From NCBI GenBank assembly GCA_050613775.1, contig JBODTK010000118.1:483536-503535 (forward strand): a stretch of 20,000 bases of DNA. Direction: 5' to 3'. The DNA is from Neocallimastix sp. 'constans' (lineage: Eukaryota). A program made the position numbers and the translations under genes. The notes beneath the pieces are model-generated. The model saw only the letters and a list, made by a program, of their open reading frames with translations. It was not told the origin of the DNA and did not search any database. Every line of letters begins with the position of its first letter. Position 1 is the stretch's first letter. Shown piece by piece: positions 9,654 to 20,000 of the stretch.

Positions 9654-10185
9654 ATTAATTAATTATAAAATTAATTATTTTAATAATTTAATAAATTATT
9701 TTTTTTTTTTTTTTTGGTTAATTATTTAAATAATCTTATTTCGATAATAAATTCTATTAATGATTAAAATTTAAATAAATAAAATTGTGTATATTAATTA
9801 AGATAATTAATAAAATGGGGTATAATGAAGAGATCATAATTAAAAATATCTCAAAAGAAGTTATATAATGAATGAATAATAATTAAAATTATTACAAAAA
9901 AAAAATATTCAATCTTAAAAAACATTATGATATATACTTTTCAAAATTCAAGAGATTACCATATTATTAAAGACTAACATATATTAACATATAATCATTT
10001 ATTTAATTACAATCATTAAAAAAAATTTTTTTGTTATAATTATTTTATTTAATTAGAATAATTAAAATTTTAAATTTTTATTTAAATTTTTTTTTTTTCT
10101 AAAATAAAAAAAAATATTTATATATATATATAAAACGAAGAAAAAAATTTTTTGAATATTTTAAGATAATAATAATAATAATAAA

Positions 10186-10216
<31 letters not shown>

Positions 10217-10290
10217 TAAATATATATTACATCCTTATTATAAAATTTTTGAAATAGTAATAAGAAGAAAAAAAAAAGTATTTTAAGAAA

Positions 10291-10846
10291 ATGAAATTAA
10301 TTCTATATAAAACTCTTGCTATTATTATAGCATTAATGTCAATAGGTTTTGTAGAAGGTTGTCATAATAAAAAATGTAAGCAACATAAACCAGAACTTAT
10401 GAAAAAGTAAGTTTTTTTTTAAAAAAAAAAAAAAATATAAATTTATTACAAATATTATTTCAAAATTATAATTTAAAAAATAAAACTAAAATATATTATT
10501 TATTATTATCATTATTAATAAAAAGAACTATTAATTATTCAGCTTATGGTGCTCTTGATGTATACTATGATAATAGTTTAAAAAAAAAGAGAAGACCAGT
10601 CGTTGTTTATGTTCATGGTGGTGGCTGGTGTGAAGGTAAAGAATTATTTAATTATAATTTAAAAAACAATTTTTTTTTTTTTATTTTATTTATTTAATTT
10701 TTAAATTTTTCGTCATTGAAAAAAAAAATATTTATATATATATATATATATATAAATTTATTTTATTATGAATTATAAATGATTTATTAATTATTATAAA
10801 TTATTAAATGTATAATAAATTTAATAATAATTTAATAATTAATTAT

Positions 10847-10877
<31 letters not shown>

Positions 10878-11630
10878 TTTTTTTATTTTTATACATTTTC
10901 TCCATAAATAGGTAGTAAGGAAAAAGAAAAATATATGGGAGAATTTTTCCAAAATAATGATTACGTCTCCGTGATGGTGGACTATCGACTTTATCCAGAA
11001 ACTGAAAGTATTGATGATATGGTAGATGATATTTATCATGCCCTTAAGTGGACAACGAAACATATTCGTGAGTATGGAGGTAACAAGAATGAAATAACGC
11101 TTATAGGACATTCTGCTGGTGCACATTTAGCAACCTTAACCATTGTTAAAGCTGCACTAAGAATAAGAATTAATAGACATTCACTTTCTCCAATTCATAT
11201 TAAACATTTAATATCTTTAAATGGACGTCATAAGATTGATGAAGGAGAAGAACTTTTAGCAGGTATTGAACAATTAAAGCAATTAGGAAATATTCCAGGA
11301 CTTAGTTTCCTTGCAACGTATGCAGAAGCAAGAGAGCACCTTTTAGTTGGTAAAGGAGGATATGATCAATCTAAGATATTGAAAGGTTACAAAGATCAAT
11401 CTATTAAGACACTTGGTGCTAAAAAATACACGTTTGTTGAATGTGATGAAGATAATGTAGATCCATTAGGATTAGCAGAACCAATGATTGAACAACTTGA
11501 ACGTACCGTTAGAAAAGTTGAAATTGATCACAAAATCTATCATGGAGGACATTCCTACATTCTTGATGGTATTCAAAATAAGGATGAAGAAATAGAAAAA
11601 GAATTACTTGATATGGTTGAATCTATTTAA
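10291..11630 (+). CDS. Secreted alpha/beta-hydrolase (HSL-family carboxylesterase/lipase), 3 exons, 314 aa
   Basis: Exons 10291-10406, 10526-10635 and 10912-11630 (945 nt; introns GTAAGT..AAG and GTAAAG..TAG). Signal peptide MKLILYKTLAIIIALMSIGFVEG. Motifs: LDVY, PVVVYVHGGGW (oxyanion hole), DYRLYP, LIGHSAGAHL (nucleophile elbow), candidate acid in DEDNVDP and catalytic His in GGHS. The ORF track shows only exon 3. Confidence 0.9.
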
Positions 11631-11666
11631 TTAAATTAATAATTTTAAAGAAAAAATAAAAAATCG

Positions 11667-11708
<42 letters not shown>

Positions 11709-12872
11709 ATTTTAGAACACATATATAATGATTAAAATAATATAATAATAATAATAATAATAATTATAATAAAATTTTTTTTAATATTATTTTTTTTCTT
11801 GCTACTGCTATTATAGAGAATAAAAATAGAAAAAAAATTATATATTTATATATATAATGTTAATGATAATTGTATTATAATATATTAATATCATTAATAA
11901 AAAAAATAAATAAATAAATAAAAATAATATAAGTAAAAAAAAAATCTTTTTATATAAAATACTATTTATAAGAATAGACGTAGATTAATTAAGAATTAGT
12001 AAAAAGTTTTAAAGAAGATTAAAAATTAATATTAAATAATAATAGTAGAAAATATTTTGTTAAAAAAAAAAAAAAGAAATTATTGAAATTTCATTTTAAA
12101 ATGAAATAAATCAAATACAAAATAAATATTTTAATGAGTAATACTATTTAATATTGATTATATATTATACATTCCATTTTTAATATGTATATGTTTATTG
12201 ATTTATTTTTTTTTTAATACTTTTAATAAATATATATAAATAATCTATTTATATATTATAAGTTATACTTTTAATTTTCAGATGTTGCTATTTTAAAAAA
12301 ATTTCTTTAATTATTTATGTAATTTCTTATATATATATATATATATATTTTAAAATATAATTTAATTTGTTTTTTTTTCCAGTTTTATTATCATAGATTT
12401 TTTTTTTTTTTTTTTTTTTTGAATTTATTCTTTATAAGGTTCTAGAAATAATTTTGTAATAATTAACAAAAGCATTCTATTAAAATTTCAATCATTAATT
12501 TAAAAATAAAATAAAAAAAAAAAAAAAAAAAAATAAAAATAATTATCTAAATAACAATTACAGAAATATTTTAATTATACCATTAACAACAGCAATAAAT
12601 AGTGAAATAGTATAATTTTTTATGTTCATATAAATAATAAATTAAAACCATTTAATTTTTATCAGATTTTGTAGTTAATCCAAATTTATTATCATCAAAA
12701 TTTATTTTCAGCGTTGACGCTCCTTAAAAACATTAAGAAAAAAAATTAACCATAACACCTAATGAGCGATGCTTTGATTTTTAACCATTACCCCTTCATA
12801 TCATAAAAAAATAAGATGGTCTCCCTTTAAAGAACTCCTTTGAAGGAAATACGTCCCTTAGGAATTTAATTA

Positions 12873-12953
<81 letters not shown>
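12873..12953. repeat. (AAT)27 microsatellite
   Basis: 81-nt perfect trinucleotide run. Confidence 0.95.
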
Positions 12954-12955
<2 letters not shown>

Positions 12956-13285
12956 CTAAAATAATAATGAATCTATTAAGAAAAACAGAACAAAACAAAA
13001 CAAAGCATATATATATGTATTATTATTATTTTTTTTATTTAATTAAATCATTATTATACAATTAATTATTATAAAAATTTTATTAATCTGTTATTTAAAA
13101 AAAAAAAAAAATAAATATTTTTTTTATTCTCTATATAAAAAAGAAATATAATATTATATATTTAAATAGGTAAATTGTTGAAAAATGAAAAAAAAAAAAA
13201 AATAAAAATAAAAACTTTTAAAAATTAATTTTAAAAAATAAGTATTAATTATTTTATATACATTAATTATTTTTTTTTTTATTTT

Positions 13286-13363
13286 TACCAAAAAGGATAA
13301 CTAACTTTTTTTTTTTTTTTTTTTTTTTTTTATACCAAAAAGGATAACTGACTTTTTTTTTTT
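13286..13363. repeat. Tandem duplication (period 47 bp) TACCAAAAAGGATAACTRAC + poly-T, downstream of the amylase stop
   Basis: Copies start at 13286 and 13333 and differ by one base in the non-homopolymer core. Confidence 0.8.
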
Positions 13364-13434
13364 ATAATAGATTTAATAGAATAGCTTAGTAACCACCGTT
13401 AATTAATATTTAATTGTTCTACTATTGAGTAAAT

Positions 13435-15288
13435 TTAGTTATGATCATCGCTAGTTTCTTCATATGTTTTAAGGAAACCATTTGAGTTATAGAGACCATT
13501 AGATTGAATGATATAACCCAGATTACCAATTTCAGGAGCTTGATTATCACCATCATTGAAAATAATACTTGATCCATCAAATCCAGAGGATATATCGACG
13601 GAATAAATGTTATTATTATCATTATTATTAACCTTGGTCATCGTTTTTCCTGGCCATTGAGTTAATTCAACTACAATAGTTCCTATTTCGTTATAAAGAT
13701 AGGCGAAAGTATCATTTCCCCAAGAGCTTGGTTTTTCGAAATATAATTTAAAGGAATGATGATGATCTTGGAATTCATTACTACCAACATCTTCAGCGCC
13801 GTCATCACTAACACTACTATTAATAATAATATTTCTAGAGGTTTCATCATTCATACCAAGATTAATACTAATATTTCCGGAGGTTTCATTACCACTACTA
13901 TCGCTAGGGGTTTCGTCATTATATAAGACGGTGACCGAACGACCAAGAAGAGTACCAGTAATTTTGCTATCAGCAACTTTAAATTTATTGGTATTAGTAT
14001 CATTATTGGTTGGATTGACGTAATCACCATCGGCTAAATTTGTTACACTCTCCAGATTGAGTTGATCTTGATTAAGATTAATAATGACGACACCTTTTTT
14101 ACCACGTTCAATCATAAGAACTTTAGAATCCTCATTTGGATTTCTTAAGTATTCATTTTCACCAACCATAGCATTACGGAAGAAATTAACGGCCGCAACA
14201 GAAGCATCCTTATACAATGGATCACCTTCATCTCCAAGTTGAGATTGATTTGGAAATTGAGGATTACCACCACCTCCTCCAAGAGGTCTAGAGAAGAACA
14301 AAGGGGTGGTTTGTTCTCTGGAAGCAATGAGAGCCCAACCTAATTTAATTTGTTCATTCGTTAAGTAAACTGTTTTTTGATCATCATTAGAATAGTTATC
14401 ATGCGATTCTACCCAAGTAATAAGTCTATCGGGATGAACATCTGCATTATAATTCATCACTCTTTCGGCTCGAAAATCATTATCATTAAGAGCGGATAAA
14501 ATACTGTCACCATAATTTGAAGCAGTAATCTTCATATAATTGGCATAGGCTGTATCTCTGGAAGTATCATCTTGGAGTAATTCACCATATTGGAATTCAG
14601 CTCCATTATTTAAAACGGTAGGCCAAAACTGACTACCATAATCTGGATCATCAGGTAATTCAATGTGTTTAGCAGTATCATATCTAAAACCAGAAGCACC
14701 ATCAGCAAGAATACGTTTGAGCATATCTAAAACCTTTTGTTGATAATCAGGATTTTGAGTTTTTATATCTCTTAAACCGACAAGATCTCTTTGAGTTACT
14801 TCATATCTATCATTCCAATTATCAATTCCTTTAGGTTCATGAAACAAGTTTTGATCCCTCCATTCTGGAGCACAATTATTAATATCGGTGGTCATATGAT
14901 TAAGTACAGCATCAACAATGATCTTAATACCAAATTTTTTAGCTTCATCACATAAAGATTTAAATTCATCCTCGGTACCTATGATATAGTTACCAATATT
15001 TTGACTAATGGGTTGATATTCAAAAATCCAATTACCAAAATATTTGTTACCATTATCTCCAATGAAACATTCTTGAATAGGAGAAGTTTGAATAGCAGTA
15101 TAACCAGCATTTCTAATATCTGGTAGTCTTTGTTTAATAGTATTAAAGGACCAACTGAAAGCATGAAGGATAGTACCATTTTCGATACTATCAGTATGAT
15201 AAACAACAGCTTCAGCAGTTTTGAATTGAGCTACAATAGCTACTATAGATAATAAGATATCCTTTTTTGTGTTAATAAAGATTTTCAT
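13435..15288 (-). CDS. amyA: Alpha-amylase, GH13 (Bacillus AmyE-like, probably subfamily GH13_28), with C-terminal CBM26-like starch-binding module; intronless, 617 aa
   Basis: Motifs: GTILHAFSWSFNTIK..GYTAIQTSPI, region I DAVLNH, region II GFRYDTAKHIELPDD (nucleophile Asp), region III QYGELLQD (acid/base Glu), region IV TWVESHDNY, and PLFFSRP. The C-terminal YFEKPSSW..AYLY..WPGKTM..IIFNDGDNQAP is typical of CBM26. The N-terminus is signal-like and ends in AEA. Confidence 0.95.
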   Translation of the reverse strand: MKIFINTKKDILLSIVAIVAQFKTAEAVVYHTDSIENGTILHAFSWSFNTIKQRLPDIRNAGYTAIQTSPIQECFIGDNGNKYFGNWIFEYQPISQNIGNYIIGTEDEFKSLCDEAKKFGIKIIVDAVLNHMTTDINNCAPEWRDQNLFHEPKGIDNWNDRYEVTQRDLVGLRDIKTQNPDYQQKVLDMLKRILADGASGFRYDTAKHIELPDDPDYGSQFWPTVLNNGAEFQYGELLQDDTSRDTAYANYMKITASNYGDSILSALNDNDFRAERVMNYNADVHPDRLITWVESHDNYSNDDQKTVYLTNEQIKLGWALIASREQTTPLFFSRPLGGGGGNPQFPNQSQLGDEGDPLYKDASVAAVNFFRNAMVGENEYLRNPNEDSKVLMIERGKKGVVIINLNQDQLNLESVTNLADGDYVNPTNNDTNTNKFKVADSKITGTLLGRSVTVLYNDETPSDSSGNETSGNISINLGMNDETSRNIIINSSVSDDGAEDVGSNEFQDHHHSFKLYFEKPSSWGNDTFAYLYNEIGTIVVELTQWPGKTMTKVNNNDNNNIYSVDISSGFDGSSIIFNDGDNQAPEIGNLGYIIQSNGLYNSNGFLKTYEETSDDHN

Positions 15289-18192
15289 TTTGATATTGAA
15301 ATATTCGATTTTTTTTTTTTTTTAAAATTAAATTTAATTATTGAAAAACTAAGAACTAAAAAAAATTAAAGTCAAAAATAAAATAATAAAAAAAAAAAAA
15401 GGGCAAAGCGACAAAAATTAATAAATTATTGAATCAATTAATATATAAATAAATAAATAAATAAATAAATATAAATGTTACCAAAATATTTTTTTTTTTT
15501 ACAAAATTTCTTATCAAAAAGAATAAATTACAATAAAATATTAAATCACTTCTAAATATATTACTATATACTATATGCTATTAAATATATTTTTACTATT
15601 TACTTTTAAACTATAAATTATATTATTATTTACTTTTAATTTAATAAATAAATAACATGAATAATTTTTGTTATTCAATTATTATTTAAAAAAATTTTTT
15701 TATATATTTAAATATTTCTATTTCTATTTAATTATTATTATTATAAGATACTTTTTTTTTTTTAGTTAATATTTTTCTATCAAAGAAATTTATTACTCTA
15801 TATTTTTTTTCTCTAAATATATATAAATATATATATTTTTTTATCTTATTAAATTATTAAATACTATTATTTTATATTTTTTTTTTATTTAATAATAAAT
15901 AATAATAAATAAAAAATAAAAATAAAATAAAAAAAATTTTTTTTATTTTAAAAAGTTGAACAAATTTCATCATTTTTATACTTTTTTTTTATCTTTAATT
16001 TTTATTTTTTTTATTTTTATTTTAATTTTTTATTTTTTTTGTATAAATTAAAAAAGCTTAAAATATAAAAGTTTAAAAATTTTTTTAAATACTTTTTTTA
16101 CTCTTTTCGAATTAATTAAAAATTTTTTTATTTTAATTTTGGTAAAATTTGTTTTTATTAGTAATACAAAGAAAAAAAAAAAAAATAATAAATGAATAGA
16201 AATTTTTTTAAAATAAAAAAAAAAATTATTCAAAAAACATTCTATAAAAAATATTATTTCAAAAATATTATATAATTATAAAAATATAAATAAAATATAA
16301 TAAAATAAAAAATAAAGTAAATTAACATATATTTAGATGATATTTATTAATGTGTGAAACTGAGATATAATAAAATTAAAATTATTTACTCGACTTTATA
16401 CTAAAAATTTTATTTCTTTATTTAATTCTTTAATTCTTTATTTAATTATTAAATTATTATTTATTTAGTTATTTTCTTTTTTATTTATTTATTTATTTAT
16501 TTTAATTTGTTAATTATATATATATATATACTATATGTATTTATATTATTGAAAAAGATATATTATATTATATTATATATATAATTAAATAATATTAACC
16601 TCAAATATATATATATGAATATGTATATAAATATTTTAGTAACAAAATCATAATACTAAATAAAAGAAAGTAATGACAAATTCAATTAATGCTATTTTAA
16701 ATAATTAAATAATTAAATAATAAATAATAGAGAAATGCCTTTTTTTATTATTTAATATTAAATTTTTAAAATTATTATTTTATTATTAATTATTTTTAAA
16801 AAAAAAAAAAAAGGAAAAAAAAGAATGTCACGTTTTATAATACTTAAAAAAAATTTTTTTTTATTTTATTTTTTCCATTCGTTTATACAGAAAAACTTTC
16901 TTTATTCTATTATTTTGTTATTTAATAATAGTATTTATTTATTTATTTATTTATCTATTATTTATTTATTTATTTTTTGTTACACAAGTTCACATTTAAA
17001 TTGAAAATGAATGTCACATTAAGGCCACAGTTAAAGATGTTTGCTTTAGAATGGATTATACCCAAATATAGTTGAAATAATTATTAATTAATTGCAATAA
17101 ATAAATAATATTTGTAACAATGAATAATAATTTTAATAATGATAAGGACATTTATAAATATATACAATGAAATTAAGTAATAATGAAAGTATTTAAACAA
17201 CAACAGCAACAATAAATATAAAATATTAGTAATGATTAGTTTTTTAAAAGTTTGATCAAAAGATTATTTAATAATTAATAGATAATAATAATATATTATT
17301 AATAAAAATATAAATAATCATAATATTAATAATGATAATTATATTAATAATAATCGTAATAAACATATATTGTATATTATATATTATCTATAAATTATAT
17401 ATAGTTATAATATTTATATAAATGGCAAAAAAAAAAAAAAAAAAAAAAAAACGAATAACTAATAAATGAATAAATCCAATTTAACTCTATAAATGATTCA
17501 TTGTTTTTTTTTTTTTTCAAAAAAAAAGAAAAAAGTATGACAAAGTCAGATGACTTAATTCATGATATACGGGACTTTTATGTGCAATAATTTATAAGCA
17601 GTGGGTTTTAAATAATGGTAGTTTAGTAAATTTTATTAATAAAATTATAATATTCGTACAATTAAATAATAATTCTAATTCCTAAAAATTTACAAGAGAG
17701 TTCTCTATTTCTAATATAAATAATCTAATCTATTTATAAGAAATAGGTAATATATTAATTCTATATTCTAATATATAGAACTATATAAATTTTATATGAA
17801 ATAAAGTATTATAATTATTATTATAATTATAATAATACATATTGAAATAAAATAAAATAAAATAATTATTATCAAAAAGATATAAATTTAATATTTAATA
17901 ATTATTATTAAATATACAAATATGTTACTACACATATTTGTTTTATATCATTCATTGACTATAATTTATTAATTTATTTTATATATGTATGTTACTGAAT
18001 TTAGTCACGTTACGCCGTCCATTCTATGTAAAATAAAAATAAATGAACAAATAAAATATTATTATTTAATAATATTAATATTTGAATATAAATAAATCAA
18101 TAAATATATATATAACTGAATAAATAATAAATTAATAAATAAATATATTGTAAATAACTAGTTAATTTAATAAATAAGTGAATAAATAGGTG

Positions 18193-18223
<31 letters not shown>

Positions 18224-19045
18224 ATGTTAAAATTTTTAGCCATCCATTCTATTGTTACAAAAAAAAAAAAAAAAGAGGTTAAAAGTATATTTTAAAGACA
18301 CCATAATTAATAGATTTGTTATCATTATTCTATATTAAATACATTAATAATAATAGTTATTATATATTATTTATTATTATTACATATTATTTATATTATT
18401 TATTATTTGGTATATTATTTTATTTATATTATTTTACTATTATTACATATTATTTATTATTATTTTACAATGGAAAAATAGAAAAAAAAAAATAAAATTA
18501 AAATAAAATTAAAAAAAAAAATTTTTTTTTTTTAAATAATTTCATCTAATTTTTTACTTCTTATGGTAAATTTTTCATTAAATATTAAAAAAAAAAAAAA
18601 AGAAATTAAATATATATAAATATAGATATAAATATGTCTATATTTATGTATATAAACCAATATTATTATATAAGTAGATAGAAATAGTAGAAATAGTTGA
18701 AAGAAATATAAATATTATATTAGATATAAATATAAATACTAATATAGATAAGCATATTTATATAAATATATAAATAAATTAGAAATTTATAAATATTTTT
18801 TTTTGTTATCAGAAGTAACTAATAAAAAACAAATAAAAAAGTGTATAACAGAATAATAATAATAATATTCTATATATCTTCATTTTCTATGATAAAATTT
18901 CTTATTTCTTTAAGATGTCAATAATAAAATTTATAGCTTATTAAAAAAAATAATTAAATAATAAATAAATAAATAATAATTGAATAATAAATAATAAATA
19001 ATAAAAAATAAATAATAAATAATAAATAATAAAAAGAGTATTTAT

Positions 19046-19227
19046 TAATAAATAATAAATAATAAATAATAAATAATAAATAATAAATAATAAATAATAA
19101 ATAATAAATAATAAATAATAAATAATAAATAATAAATAATAAATAATAAATAATAAATAATAAATAATAAATAATAAATAATAAATAATAAATAATAAAT
19201 AATAAATAATAAATAATAAATAATAAA
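19046..19227. repeat. 7-bp tandem repeat (TAATAAA)x26
   Basis: 182-nt perfect array with degenerate copies on both sides. Confidence 0.9.
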
Positions 19228-19850
19228 TATTAAATAATAAATATTAAATAATTAATAAATAAAAAAAATTAGGGAAATAACTGTGAGAATTATTTTATTT
19301 ATCTCTATTATGTATATTATATATATTTTATAGAAAAGATAGAATTATATATACTTAATAAACCACATATAGTTTACTTATAATTTATAGATGTACATAT
19401 AATATATATATCTATATATTACATAGAAAAAAAAAAAAAAAAAAAGAATTCAGTACATTTTTATATCAATTAAAGGTTAACATATATATAAGTAGAACTT
19501 TATTTATTATCAATGTTAAGTAAAATAAAAGTATATTTATACACATTTATTTATTTATTTACTTAACTTGTTTACTTATGAATTAATTAATTAATTATTA
19601 TTTATTTATTATTTATTTATTTACTTATTTATCTCAAAATATGAAAAAGTTTAATTAAAAATATTATTAACTTTAAACGAATTTTAATTATTTTACATAG
19701 AGAAAAAAAAATTTAAATTTATATGTTTGTATATTCAAATAGACAACCTAATTGTTGACTTTGTTATTTTGTTAATTGTAAAAAAAGAAAAAACTTTTTT
19801 TTATATATAAAATGGATTAAGATAAATATATATAAAAGAAACTATATTAT

Positions 19851-19904
<54 letters not shown>

Positions 19905-19915
19905 ATTTATTTTTA

Positions 19916-19946
<31 letters not shown>

Positions 19947-19958
19947 TTTTATTTTTAT

Positions 19959-20000
<42 letters not shown>

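Noticed and set aside
10839..11126. 95-aa minus-strand ORF
   Set aside because: Antisense to esterase exon 3 and intron 2; its poly-Phe comes from a poly-A run.
12662..12698. Minus-strand TGATGA...CTGA resembling C/D snoRNA boxes
   Set aside because: The boxes span only about 36 nt, too short for a C/D snoRNA, and I recognised no guide sequence.
13422..15206. Three short same-strand alternative-frame ORFs inside the amylase
   Set aside because: Out-of-frame by-products of a well-supported CDS.
16048..16233. 61-aa F/K-rich ORF
   Set aside because: Translation of homopolymer-rich noncoding DNA.
17000..17620. Slightly GC-richer patches with short frames (e.g. IENECHIKATVKDVCFRMDYTQI, MTKSDDLIHDIRDFYVQ)
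   Set aside because: Under 25 codons, with no convincing splice-site chain and no recognisable motif.
19046..19227. (TAATAAA)n as a telomeric repeat
   Set aside because: No G-rich strand, internal position, and it grades into similar AT-rich simple repeats.

Overview
Extremely AT-rich eukaryotic DNA with short GT-AG introns, long homopolymer runs and gene-sparse intergenic regions. It is most consistent with an anaerobic gut fungus (Neocallimastigomycota; inferred from composition, CBM18 expansion and a bacterial-type CAZyme). I reconstructed three genes, all with predicted signal peptides. (1) An 11-exon minus-strand gene (4264..257, 897 aa), of which the ORF track shows only the last exon. 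It encodes a signal peptide, a Cys-capped LRR solenoid with exactly one LRR per symmetric phase-2 exon, a glycosylated Thr-rich stalk and seven CBM18 (hevein) chitin-binding domains, with no catalytic, TM or GPI segment. (2) A 3-exon HSL-family alpha/beta-hydrolase (10291..11630, 314 aa). (3) An intronless Firmicutes-type GH13 alpha-amylase with a C-terminal CBM26-like module (15288..13435), a probable horizontal acquisition. The intergenic DNA holds a probable decayed copia-type gag relic, a possible small pseudogene, GC-rich hairpin islands and micro/minisatellites. The top candidate for a novel system is the exon-modular, chitin-tethered LRR recognition protein.
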